Assembly: GCA_964016885.1 (NCBI GenBank)
Contig: OZ024765.1
Coordinates: 6,200,001-6,264,000 of the forward strand
Direction: 5' to 3'
Source: Eledone cirrhosa
Lineage: Eukaryota
Length of the DNA stretch: 64,000 nucleotides
Under the pieces are notes generated by a model. It did not search any database. It saw only the letters and a program-made list of their open reading frames with translations, and was not told the origin of the DNA. Positions 13,741-26,810 of this stretch are shown piece after piece. Numbering within the stretch: position 1 is the first letter of the stretch; every line of letters starts with the position of its first letter. A program made the position numbers and the translations under genes.

Positions 13741-14661
13741 CCCTCTTCTTGCTATTTCAAGTGTTAACCTAATATATTCCTTCCATATACTGTACCGACC
13801 GTGTTGTTATTTCTGTTTACCTTTTACATACATAAATACATACATACATATATATATATGTGTAGGCAACACGGTAAAAACCTCCCAGCCCCACACTGTA
13901 AATGTGGTTGGTGTTAGGAAGGGCATCCAGCTGTAGAAAACCCGCCAGACAGTCCACGCTGTAATGTGGCCGTGTAGGCAACACGGTAAAAACCTCCCAG
14001 CCCCACACTGTAAATGTGGTTGGTGTTAGGAAGGGCATCCAACTGTAGAAAACCCGCCAGACAGTCCTATGCGAGCAAGACAACCACTCTTGCCTCAAGT
14101 GGGAAAACCACCGTCCAAACCCATGCAAGCGTGGAACACGGACGCTAAACCTGATGATGATGATGATGATATATATAGGGTGAAAGAATGAAGAGTAACA
14201 TGGTTGGCTGTACAATAAGGGGTTTTATTTCAGGTATTGACAATTGTTTCATTGATCAGGTGAGTCTAGAGGTCGCTAATCGCTTGAGGTTGCTCCACTC
14301 GATCTCCATTACATTATTTACCTCTGACCAACACATCAGAGGTCAGAAGTAACTAATGTAATGGCGATCTAGTGGCGCAACTTCAAGCGATTAGCGACCT
14401 CTAGACTCACCTGATCAATGAAACAATTGTTAATACCTGAAATAAAACCCCTTATTGTACAGCCAACCATGTTACTCTTCATTCTTTCACTATTATTACT
14501 CCAAGTATAACCTACATAGGAATTACCGCAAACTCGCTGCCTAACTATGGAAACATCTTGTTGAGTTAAACAAAGCCGTACGTTAAAACTATCCACGACA
14601 CAGAGTACTCATGACCCCTAACTGAATTACCTATAACGATAACTTGTTACCCCATATATAT

Positions 14662-14735
<74 letters not shown>

Positions 14736-15167
14736 CCAGGGAGTGTAACGTGAAGTTAAACGTAATGAAGGCTTAACAAATCATCATCATCATCATCATC
14801 ATCGTTTAACGTCCATTTTCCACGCTTGCATGGGTTCATATATATATATATATATATAATGTATAATAAACAATACAATATAATTACCTCATTACCAGAG
14901 GTTTCCCGAATAAGACGAATAGAAGAAACGTCCGCATTCGTTCATCAGACAAGGCAATTTTGATGAACGAATGCGGACGTTTCTTGTATCCGTCTTATTC
15001 AGGAAAACTCTGGTAATGAGGTAATTATATTGTATTGTTTATTATACATTAAATTTAGCTCTGTAACTTACATAGAGCACTCTTCATTCCTATGACTTTT
15101 TCAATTTTCAACGGAAACTTCAATACTTATATATATATATATATTTATATCATCATTCATCATCATT

Positions 15168-15488
15168 TCATTTTACGTCCGCTTTTTCCCTGCTTGCAAG
15201 GGTGGGACGGGAACTGATTCTGGCTTGATTTCTACAGCTGGATGCCCTTCCTAACACCAACCTCATTTACAGTGAGTGCTGGGTGCTTTTTTGCCGTGGC
15301 ACCTCCACGACCACTTTGCAGTGGAATGATAGGGACCCCAGTCCCTATCATCTCATTTCTACAGCTGAGTAAACTGGAGCAATGTGAAATAAAGTGTCTT
15401 GCTCAAGGAAACAACACATCACCCGGTCTGAGAATTGAACTCACAACCTTTCGACTGCAAGGCCAATGCTCTAACCACTAAGCCATGC
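15168..15488 (-). mobile_element. tRNA-derived SINE family 1, full length (also 23487-23812, 28813-29195, 38209-38518, 43411-43758, 58602-58936 on -; 24423-24766, 42308-42612 on +)
   Basis: A/B boxes, CORE-like segment, internal hairpin ATGATAGGGAC-CCCA-GTCCCTATCAT, RTE-type tail + (GAT)n. Copies nearly identical. Confidence 0.92.
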
Positions 15489-15895
15489 ACCACCACCACA
15501 ACCACCAACAGCACCACCACCACAACAGCACCACCACCAACAACCCAACCACCACAACAACACCAACACCAACACCAGCAACCCAACCACCACCACCAAC
15601 AACAACACCACCACCACCACCACCAACCCCACCAACAACAACAGCAGCACCACCACCAACACCACCAACAACAACACCAACAACAACAACACCAGCACCA
15701 CCACCACCACCAACAACAACAGCACAACCACCACAACAACAACAACACCACCACCAACAACAACACCAGCACCACCACCAACAACACCAGCACCACCACC
15801 ACCAACAACAACAACAACAACAGCACAACCACCACAACAACAACAACACCAACACCAGCACAACACCACCACCAACAACAACAACAACACCTCCC
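15488..15895. repeat. (CAC/CAA)n trinucleotide tract
   Basis: Direct inspection. Confidence 0.95.
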
Positions 15896-16514
15896 CCACC
15901 AAATCAGAGATATTGACTCACTAACAGGTGTAAGAGTGTAATGTTTATCACACCTGGAATTCCAGGTGTGAATATATGAGATAACAGCCACAAGACTACA
16001 GAACAGTCCCAGAGAAGTGTTGTAGAGATATTTTGGTAGAAAGCCAGGATTCTGTGGTTATACTAACAACTGGCACACCATTGGTTACAGCAATGAGAGT
16101 TCCAGAACTGGGCGTATCCAGCCAGAATTTTCTGTTCAAGCCAGCTTAAACTGGCCACTCATACTGATGTTAAGGTATTGTTCTAAAAATAAATACTATC
16201 AAAATTTCATTGATTCAATATTATGTAAGATAATTATGTAAGATAAAGCCTTTCACTCAAAAATATAATAGTAAATATAGCGTAATTGTTTCTACTTTTT
16301 GGCACAAGGCCAGCAATTATCCCAGTGCATTACTGGTACTTTACTTTATCGACCCCGTAAGGATGAAAGGCAAAGTTAACCTCGGCGGGATTTGATCTCA
16401 GTCCGTAAAGGGACGTAACTGTGCTGCAAAGCATGGTGTCCAACCCTCTACCGATACAGCCAATCCGCCGCCTTTATATAGTATATATAGAGTAATGTAA
16501 ACACTAAAGGGTTA

Positions 16515-17224
16515 AACCGGCCATATCCGGCCAGAATTCTCTCAGAATTTTCTGTTCAAACTGACTGTAACCAGCTGCTCATACTGATATTAAGGTATTG
16601 TTCTCAAAATAAATAACATCAAAATCTTGTAGATTCAATGTTATGTGAGATATTATGTAAGGTAAAGCCTTAACCACAAAAATACAATAGTATATATAGA
16701 GTAATGTAAATGTTATGTGAGATATTATGTAAGGTAAAGCCTTAACCACAAAAATACAATAGTATATATAGAGTAATGTAAATGTTATGTGAGATATTAT
16801 GTAAGGTAAAGCCTTAACCACAAAAATACAATAGTATATATAGAGTAACGTAAATGTTATGTGAGATATTATGTAAGGTAAAGCCTTAACCACAAAAATA
16901 CAATAGTATATATAGAGTAATGTAAATGTTATGTGAGATATTATGTAAGGTAAAGCCTTAACCACAAAAATACAATAGTATATATAGAGTAACGTAAATG
17001 TTATGTGAGATATTATGTAAGGTAAAGCCTTAACCACAAAAATACAATAATATATATAGAGTAATGTAAATATTATGTGAGATATTATGTGAGGTAAAGC
17101 CTTTACTGTGAAAATACAATAGTATATATAGAGTAATGTAAATGTTATGTGAGATATTATGTGAGGTAAAGCCTTTACTGTGAAAATACAATAGTAAATA
17201 TAGAGTAATGTAAATACTAAAGGG
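16515..17224 (-). mobile_element. piggyBac-type MITE with internal 72-bp tandem expansion (~8 units)
   Basis: Homologous to 9998-10224; ends TAAAGGG-TTAA; 72-bp period over 16640-17215. Confidence 0.82.
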
Positions 17225-17614
17225 TTAATGTAACTTTCCTCAGGGAGATTCAGCATGACACAGATATTTTGGTAGAATACCAGGATTCTGTGGCTCTCAA
17301 GACTAAAGGTAGTTATACTAACAACTGGCACTCCATTGGTTACAGCAACGAGATTTCCAGTTGATCTGATCACCAGAACAACCTGCTCATGTAGTGGCGG
17401 TGTTGGTGGTGGTGGTGGTGGGGTGCCAGTGGTGGTGTTGGTGGTGGTGGGGTGGTGCTTGTGTTGTATTAAAAATCATGGATGTAATAACAAAAACTAT
17501 TGTTTTTTTCAATAAACCTTTGATGCAACAACAACAACAACAACAGCAACAACAACAGCAACAGCAACAGCAGCAACAGTAATGCGGTTTTTGTTGTCAA
17601 TACATCAGATATAT

Positions 17615-19300
17615 TGTTGTTGTTGGTGTTATGGTTGTTATTGTTGTTGTTGGTGGTGTTGTGGTTGTTGTAGTTGGTGTTGTGGTTGTTGGTGGTGTTG
17701 TGGTTGTTGTTAGTTAGTGTTGTAGTTGTTGTGGTTGTAGTTGGTGTTATTGTTGTTGTTGTGGTTGTAGTTGTTGTAGTTGGTGTTATGGTGGTTGTTG
17801 TTGGTGGTGTTGTGGTTAGTTGGTGTTATGGTTGGTGGTGTTGTGGTTGTTGTTAGTTAGTGTTGTAGTTGTTGTTGTGGTTGTAGTTGTTGTAGTTGGT
17901 GTTATGGTTGTTGTTGTTGTTGTTGGTGGTGTTGTGGTTGTGGTTAGTTGGTGTTATGGTTGGTGTTGTTGGTGGTGTTGTGGTTGTGGTTAGTTGGTGT
18001 TATGGTTGGTGTTGTTGGTGGTGTTGTGGTTGTTGTTAGTTAGTGTTGTAGTTGTTGTGGTTGGTGTTATTGTTGTTGTGGTTGTAGTTGTTGTAGTTGG
18101 TGTTATGGTTGTTGTTGTTGTTGTTGGTGGTGTTGTGGTTGTGGTTAGTTGGTGTTATGGTTGGTGTTGTTGGTGGTGTTGTGGTTGTGGTTAGTTGGTG
18201 TTATGGTTGGTGTTGTTGGTGGTGTTGTGGTTGTTGTTAGTTAGTGTTGTAGTTGTTGTGGTTGGTGTTATTGTTGTTGTGGTTGTAGTTGTTGTAGTTG
18301 GTGTTATGGTTGTTGTTGTTGTTGTTGGTGGTGTTGTGGTTGTGGTTAGTTGGTGTTATGGTTGGTGTTGTTGGTGGTGTTGTGGTTGTGGTTAGTTGGT
18401 GTTATGGTTGGTGTTGTTGGTGGTGTTGTGGTTGTTGTTAGTTAGTGTTGTAGTTGTTGTGGTTGGTGTTATTGTTGTTGTGGTTGTAGTTGTTGTAGTT
18501 GGTGTTATGGTTGTTGTTGTTGTTGTTGGTGGTGTTGTGGTTGTGGTTAGTTGGTGTTATGGTTGGTGTTGTTGGTGGTGTTGTGGTTGTGGTTAGTTGG
18601 TGTTATGGTTGGTGTTGTTGGTGGTGTTGTGGTTGTTGTTAGTTAGTGTTGTAGTTGTTGTGGTTGGTGTTATTGTTGTTGTGGTTGTAGTTGTTGTAGT
18701 TGGTGTTATGGTTGTTGTTGTTGTTGTTGGTGGTGTTGTGGTTGTGGTTAGTTGGTGTTATGGTTGGTGTTGTTGGTGGTGTTGTGGTTGTGGTTAGTTG
18801 GTGTTATGGTTGGTGTTGTTGGTGGTGTTGTGGTTGTTGTTAGTTAGTGTTGTAGTTGTTGTGGTTGGTGTTATTGTTGTTGTGGTTGTAGTTGTTGTAG
18901 TTGGTGTTATGGTTGTTGTTGTTGTTGTTGGTGGTGTTGTGGTTGTGGTTAGTTGGTGTTATGGTTGTTGTTGTTGTTGTTGGTGGTGTTGTGGTTGTGG
19001 TTAGTTGGTGTTATGGTTGGTGTTGTTGGTGGTGTTGTGGTTGTTGTTAGTTAGTGTTGTAGTTGTTGTTGTGGTTGGTGTTATTGTTGTTGTGGTTGTG
19101 GTTGTAGTTGTTGTAGTTGGTGTTATGGTTGTTGTTGTTGTTGGTGGTGTTATGGTTGTTGTTGTTGTTGGTGGTGTTGTGGTTGTTGTTAGTGGTGGTG
19201 TTGTTGTTGTATCAAAGATTTATTAACAACTTTACTGCAGTTGTGGTTCTGGTGGTGGTGGTGTTGGTTATGGTTGTTGTTGCAGTTGTTGTTGTATCAA
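17615..19300. repeat. GTT/GGT tract with 201-bp higher-order periodicity
   Basis: Near-identical ORFs start at 17994, 18195, 18396, 18597, 18798. Confidence 0.93.
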
Positions 19301-19794
19301 AGATTTAATGACAACTACAACAATAGCCACATTACTGCTGCTGCTGTTGTTGTTGTTATATCTGCAGTACTAGAAGTTTGTAGATATATTGATCTGCTGC
19401 AGTTCAATAAATCTACTGATCAGTGATTGATTGGAATATATTTAATACTAGACACAGCAACACTACAGTCCTGGACATATTGAGTATTGATCTCTGATAA
19501 ATAATTGAAGTAACTGATCTATGATTGATTTCTGTGGTTGTGGTGGTGGTGTGGAGTGGAGAGGGGTGCTGTGTGGTGGTGGTGGTGTGTAGTGAATGGG
19601 GTGGTTGTATGTAGTGGAGGGGTGCTGTGTGGTGGTGGTGTGTAGTGGAGAGGGGTGCTGTGTGGTGGTGGTGTGTAGTGAATGGGGGTGGTTGTATGTA
19701 GTGGAGCGGTGGTGTGTAGTGAATGGGGGTGGTGGAATGTCATGGAGGAGGTGCTGTGTGGTGGTGTTAGCGATGGTTGTGGTGTGTAGTGGAG

Positions 19795-22700
19795 GTAAAG
19801 TTATGTTTGTATCACAAAAGCACCCAGTCCACACTGTAAAGTGGTCATGTAGGTGTCATGACAACAAGCACCCAGTCCACACTGTAAAGTGGTCATGTAG
19901 GTGTCATGACAACAAGCACCCAGTCCACACTGTAAAGTGGTCATGTAGGTGTCACAACAAAAAGTACCCAGTCCACACTGTAAAGTGGTCATGTAGGTGT
20001 CACAACAAAAAGTACCCAGTCCACGCTGTAAAGTGGTCATGTAGGTGTCACAACAAAAAGTACCCAGTCCACACTGTAAAGTGGTCGTGTAGGTGTCACA
20101 ACAAAAAGTACCCAGTCCACGCTGTAAAGTGGTCATGTAGGTGTCACAACAAAAAGTACCCAGTCCACACTGTAAAGTGGTCATGTAGGTGACACAACAA
20201 AAAGTACCCAGTCCACACTGTAAAGTGGTCATGTAGGTGTCACAACAAAAAGTACCCAGTCCACGCTGTAAAGTGGTCATGTAGGTGTCACAACAACAAG
20301 TACCCAGGCCACGCTGTAAAGTGATCATGTAGGTGTCACAACAAAAAGTACCCAGTCCACACTGTAAAGTGGTCATGTAGGTGTCACAACAAAAAGTACC
20401 CAGTCCACACTGTAAAGTGGTCATGTAGGTGACACAACAAAAAGTACCCAGTTCACGCTGTAAAGTGGTCATGTAGGTGTCACAACAAAAAGTACCCAGT
20501 CCACACTGTAAAGTGGTCATGTAGGTGTCACAACAAAAAGTACCCAGTCCACACTGTAAAGTGATCATGTAGGTGTCACAACAAAAAGTACCCAGTCCAC
20601 GCTGTAAAGTGGTCATGTAGGTGTCACAACAAAAAGTACCCAGTCCACACTGTAAAGTGGTCATGTAGGTGACACAACAAAAAGTACCCAGTCCACGCTG
20701 TAAAGTGGTCATGTAGGTGTCACAACAAAAAGTACCCAGTCCACACTGTAAAGTGGTCATGTAGGTGTCACAACAAAAAGTACCCAGTCCACACTGTAAA
20801 GTGGTCATGTAGGTGTCACAACAAAAAGTACCCAGTCCACGCTGTAAAGTGGTCATGTAGGTGTCACAACAAAAAGTACCCAGTCCACACTGTAAAGTGG
20901 TCATGTAGGTGTCACAACAAAAAGTACCCAGTCCACGCTGTAAAGTGGTCATGTAGGTGTCACAACAAAAAGTACCCAGTCCACGCTGTAAAGTGGTCAT
21001 GTAGGTGTCACAACAAAAAGTACCCAGACCACGCTGTAAAGTGGTCATGTAGGTGTCACAACAACAAGTACCCAGTCCACACTGTAAAGTGGTCATGTAG
21101 GTGTCACAACAACAAGTACCCAGTCCACGCTGTAAAGTGGTCATGTAGGTGTCACAACAAAAAGTACCCAGTCCACGCTGTAAAGTGGTCATGTAGGTGT
21201 CACAACAACAAGTACCCAGTCCACGCTGTAAAGTGGTCATGTAGGTGTCACAACAAAAAGTACCCACTCCACGCTGTAAAGTGGTCATGTAGGTGTCACA
21301 ACAAAAAGTACCCAGTCCACGCTGTAAAGTGGTCATGTAGGTGTCACAACAAAAAGTACCCAGTCCACGCTGTAAAGTGGTCATGTAGGTGTCACAACAA
21401 AAAGTACCCAGTCCACGCTGTAAAGTGGTCATGTAGGTGTCACAACAAAAAGTACCCAGTCCACACTGTAAAGTGGTCATGTAGGTGTCACAACAACAAG
21501 TACCCAGTCCACGCTGTAAAGTGGTCATGTAGGTGTCACAACAAAAAGTACCCAGTCCACGCTGTAAAGTGGTCATGTAGGTGTCACAACAAAAAGTACC
21601 CAGTCCACACTGTAAAGTGGTCATGTAGGTGTCACAACAACAAGTACCCAGTCCACACTGTAAAGTGGTCATATAGGTGTCACAACAACAAGTACCCAGT
21701 CCACACTGTAAAGTGGTCATGTAGGTGTCACAACAACAAGTACCCAGTCCACGCTGTAAAGTGGTCATGTAGGTGTCACAACAAAAAGTACCCAGTCCAC
21801 GCTGTAAAGTGGTCATGTAGGTGTCACAACAAAAAGTACCCAGTCCACACTGTAAAGTGGTCATGTAGGTGTCACAACAACAAGCACCCAGTCCACACTG
21901 TAAAGTGGTCATGTAGGTGTCACAACAACAAGCACCCAGTCCACACTGTAAAGTGGTCATGTAGGTGTCACAACAACAAGTACCCAGTCCATACTGTAAA
22001 GTGGTCATGTAGGTGTCACAACAACAAGCACCCAGTCCACACTGTAAAGTGGTCATGTAGGTGTCACAACAACAAGTACCCAGTCCACACTGTAAAGTGG
22101 TCATGTAGGTGTCACAACAAAAAGTACCCAGTCCACACTGTAAAGTGGTCATGTAGGTGTCACAACAACAAGCACCCAGTCCACACTGTAAAGTGGTCAT
22201 GTAGGTGTCACAACAACAAGTACTCAGTCCACACTGTAAAGTGGTCATATAGGTGTCACAACAACAAGTACCCAGTCCACACTGTAAAGTGGTCATGTAG
22301 GTGTCACAACAAAAAGTACCCAGTCCACACTGTAAAGTGGTCATGTAGGTATCACAACAAAAAGTACCCAGTCCACGCTGTAAAGTGGTCATATAGGTGT
22401 CACAACAACAAGTACCCAGTCCACGCTGTAAAGTGGTCATGTATGTGTCACGACAAAAAGCACCCAGTCCACACTGTAAAGTGGTCATGTAGGTGTCACA
22501 ACAACAAGTACCCAGTCCACACTGTAAAGTGGTCATGTAGGTGTCACAACAAGTACCCAGTCCACACTGTAAAGTGGTCATATAGGTGTCACAACAACAA
22601 GTACCCAGTCCACACTGTAAAGTGGTCATGTAGCTGTCACAACAACAAGTACCCAGTACACACTGTAAAGTGGTCATATAGGTGTCACAACAACAAGTAC

Positions 22701-23340
22701 CCAGTCCACACTGTAAAGTGGTCATGTAGGTGTCACAACAAAAAGTACCCAGTCCACACTGTAAAGTGGTCATATAGGTGTCACAACAACAAGTACCCAG
22801 TCCACACTGTAAAGTGGTCATGTAGGTGTCACAACAACAAGTACCCAGTCCACGCTGTAAAGTGGTCATGTAGGTGTCACAACAACAAGTACCCAGTCCA
22901 CACTGTAAAGTGGTCATGTAGGTGTCACAACAACAAGTACCCAGTCCACACTGTAAAGTGGTCATGTAGGTGTCACAACAACAAGTACCCAGTCCACACT
23001 GTAAAGTGGTCATGTAGGTGTCACAACAACAAGTACCCAGTCCACACTGTAAAGTGGTCATGTAGGTGTCACAACAACAAGTACCCAGTCCACACTGTAA
23101 AGTGGTCATGTAGGTGTCACAACAACAAGTACCCAGTCCACACTGTAAAGTGGTCATGTAGGTGTCACAACAACAAGTACCCAGTCCACACTGTAAATGT
23201 GGTTGGCTATAGAAACCAAGCCAGAAACAGTTCTATATGAGCAAGACATGGTCAGTTGATCCAACTTACCTCAAATGGGACAAACCCGTCTAACCCATGC
23301 TAGCGTGCAAAATAGACGTTAAATGATGATGATGATGATG
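19795..23340 (+). mobile_element. RTE-tailed element carrying ~70 tandem 48-bp units
   Basis: AAAGTTATGTT head, array 19820-23195, then family tail CCCATGCTAGCGTG..GACGTTAAA(TGA)n. Confidence 0.88.
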
Positions 23341-25433
23341 TATTCATATATATATATAATATATATAAGATGTAGTTTGCTTGAATATGTTCTAAGGAAA
23401 ATTCCACAAATAACAGGGACATTCCGTGAATGTTGGGACTGCAATAGGCTTTATATACATATCATCATCATCATCATCATCATCATTTCATTTTACGTCC
23501 GCTTTTCCCTGCTTGCAAGGGTGGGACGGGAACTGATTTTGGCTTGATTTCTACAGCTGGATGCCCTTCCTAACACCAACCTCATTTACAGTGAGTGCTG
23601 GGTGCTTTTTTGCCGTGGCACCTCCACGACCACTTTGCAGTGGAATGATAGGGACCCCAGTCCCTATCATCTCATTTCTACAGCTGAGTAAACTGGAGCA
23701 ATGTGAAATAAAGTGTCTTGCTCAAGGAAACAACACATCACCCGGTCTGAGAATTGAACTCACAACCTTTCGATTGCAAGGCCAATGCTCTAACCACTAA
23801 GCCATGTGCCTCCAATATATATACATAATTGTTACTACTTTTGGCACAAGGCCAGCAAATTACCCAGTGTATTACTGGTACTTTATTTTATCGACCCCGT
23901 AAGGATGAAAGGCAAAGTTAACCTCGGCAGGATTTGAACTCAGATCATAAAGGGCGGTAACTCTATGCTTCAAAGCATGGCACTCGACTCTACCGATACT
24001 GCCAATATAATATAGATATATATATACATATATCTAAATTATATATTTATATATGCATATATCTATAATATATATTTATATATACATATATCTATATAAT
24101 ATATATTTATATATACATATATCTATAATATATATTTATATATACATATATCTATAATATATATTTATATATACATATATCTATAATATATATTTATATA
24201 TACATATATCTATAATATATATTTATATATACATATATCTATAATATATATTTATATATAGATATATCTATAATATATATTTATATATACATATATCTAT
24301 TTTATATATTTATATATTTATATATACATATATCTATTTTATATATTTATATATACATATATCTATAATATATATTTATATATACATATATCTATAATAT
24401 ATATATTTATATATACATGATGGAGGCACATGGCTTAGTGGTTAGAACATTGGCCTTGCAATCGAAAGATTGTGAGTTCAATTCTCAGACTGGGTGATGT
24501 GTTGTTTCCTTGAGCAAGACACTTTATTTCACATTGCTCCAGTTTACTCAGCTGTAGAAATGAGATGATAGGGACTGGAGTCCCTATCATTCCACTGCAA
24601 AGTGGTCGTGGAAGTGCCACAGCAAAAAAGCACCCGGCACTCACTGTAAATGAGGTTGGTGTTAGGAAGGGCATCCAGCTGTAGAAATCAAGCCAGAATC
24701 AGTTCCTGTCCCACCCTTGCAAGCAGGGAAAAGTGGACGTAAAATGAAATGATGATGATGATGATGACATATATCTATAATATATATATTTATATATACA
24801 CATATCTATAATATATATATATATATACATATATCTATAATATATATATATATATATTGGGTTATACAAAATATTACCCTTATCTTATTTATAATTGTAT
24901 ATAGATTATCTATATAAGTATAAATATTATTATATATATATATCATCACCATTAAACATCCTTTTTCTATGCGAGCAAATCTACATACACACATGCATGC
25001 ACGCATGCACACACACACAGTCTTGCTCCTCATAATTATACAGGATGAGATGCTATTTATAGTGCAGCACGTAAAAGAAAAAGAAGGAAAAAAGTGGGGG
25101 GGGGGTCGGGAGGTAGGAAAGCAAAGATAGGCTGGGAGCCAGTAGAGAGAGAGAGAGATGATGCCTTGGTGGACGGAGCTTAATCAATAGAATTCATTAA
25201 GTTAACGAGCTCACTGAGAAATTAATGTTGCTTTTGGTGGGGTCAGGATTATTGTGCTGGGACTTTCCACTCTTTTGATACCAAAAACTGCCAGAAAATG
25301 CACACCGCACCATCACCACCACCACCCTCATCACCACCACCAGCCCCACCACCATCACCACCAGCCCCATCACCATCACCCTCAGCCCCACCACCATCAC
25401 CCACTTCCCGGATTCTACAATACAAAGTTGCTG

Positions 25434-26205
25434 ACCGTAAATACTCAAATATAAGTCGACCCCCCCCCCCCACTACCATTTTATGTCTGAGAAATGGGTA
25501 AAAATCCAATCCCCGTTTATAAGCTGAGGCAGCTAATCAACACATTTTTTAGCTGGGGTATATAAGCCGACCTTGATCCCACCTCCCACCATTTTACCAT
25601 TGATTTTTTTGGTTACATATTCCTTGCACACGGACTCTAACATACACCCAGTAGGCACCCCTTAATCCACTATACCCCATTTCCATACTCCATCCACACT
25701 CCTACACCACTCTTACTCTGTAAAGTTATGTTGGTATGACAAAAAGACCCCAGCCCACACTGTAAAGTTGTCATGTAGGTGTCATGACAAAAAGCTCCCA
25801 GTCCACCCTGTCAAGTGGTTGTGGAGGTGTCATGACAAAAAGCACCCAGTCCACACTGTAAAGTTGTCGTGTAGGTGACATGACAAAAAGCTCCCAGTCC
25901 ACCCTGTCAAGTGGTTGTGGAGGTGTCATGACAAAAAGCACCCAGCCCACACTGTCAAGTGGTTGTGGAGGTGTCATGACAAAAAGCACCCAGCCCACAC
26001 TGTCAAGTGGTTGTGTAGGTGTCATGACAAAAAGCACCCAGCCCACACTGTAGAAATCTAACCAGAAACATTCTTATATGAGTGAGACATGGTCACCTGA
26101 CTCAACTTGCCTCTAATGGGACAAACCTGTCTAATCCATGCTAGCGGGGAAGGTAGGTGTTAAATGGTGATGATGGTTCTTCGGCTTACATTCGAGTATA
26201 CAGTG
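25434..26205. mobile_element. Degenerate pogo/Tigger-like MITE hosting an RTE-tailed element (25720-26175)
   Basis: CCGTAAATACTCAAATATAAGTCGA ... TCGGCTTACATTCGAGTATACAG form imperfect inverted ends. Confidence 0.5.
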
Positions 26206-26534
26206 GAATCTGAGTTCCCGAACACCCCTCGTCACAAACCCCCCCTCATAACGAACCCCTCTCATTATGAACACCTCTCATAACGATCACATCTCATAAT
26301 GAACCCCTCTCAGGAACACCTCTCATAACAAACAGACTTACGAAGCATATTTTCCTATAGGAAATTCTGCTTCGTAGAATCGAGACGTATCCGACGACCA
26401 CGCGATTTCAGAGTCAGGTTTGATCACCATATCGATCGTGCCTCGAGCTGGTTGTCAGAGAAACAATTGTAATATATCCAATAAATTCCTTTCGTGGCAA
26501 CACTAATTCTATATATATATATATATATATATAT

Positions 26535-26810
26535 CATTTTACGTCTGCTTTTCACTGCTTGCAAAGGTGGGACGGGTCCTATTCAGCACAGCAGCTCTCC
26601 ATTTGTCACGGTCCTTCGTTGTCATCTCCTCTGTGCGCTTCAGCGATCTGAGGTCAGCTCTCACCACCTCCGCCCATGTTTTACATGGTCTTCTTCTACT
26701 GTGTCTTCCTTCCACTGGAATTTCTTGGCACTTCTTTACCCATCGGTCATCCTCCATGCATATCACATGTCCATACCATCGCAGTCTTCTCTCCCGCACA
26801 CTGCATTTTT
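26535..26810 (-). mobile_element. RTE LINE 3' end whose terminus matches the SINE family 1 tail
   Basis: ERRLRWYGHV...RRPCKTWAEVV...RTRPTFASSEKQT*. Confidence 0.88.

Noticed and set aside
15242-15481. Recurrent 79-aa ORF MPFLTPTSFTVSAG...
   Set aside because: Antisense reading of the family 1 SINE; conservation reflects recent copying.
15415-15488. tRNA gene
   Set aside because: A/B boxes belong to the SINE head; no proper acceptor stem, and it continues into the SINE body.
17230-17395. Possible exon (IRSTGNLVAVTNGVPVVSITTF...), partly duplicated at 16025-16105
   Set aside because: No recognisable homology or clear splice pair; cannot be supported without a search.
19801-23157. 1118-aa Cys-rich ORF (and 550-aa ORF at 59912-61564)
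   Set aside because: Translation of a 48-bp TE-internal minisatellite that happens to lack stops in one frame; no unique domains or splice context.
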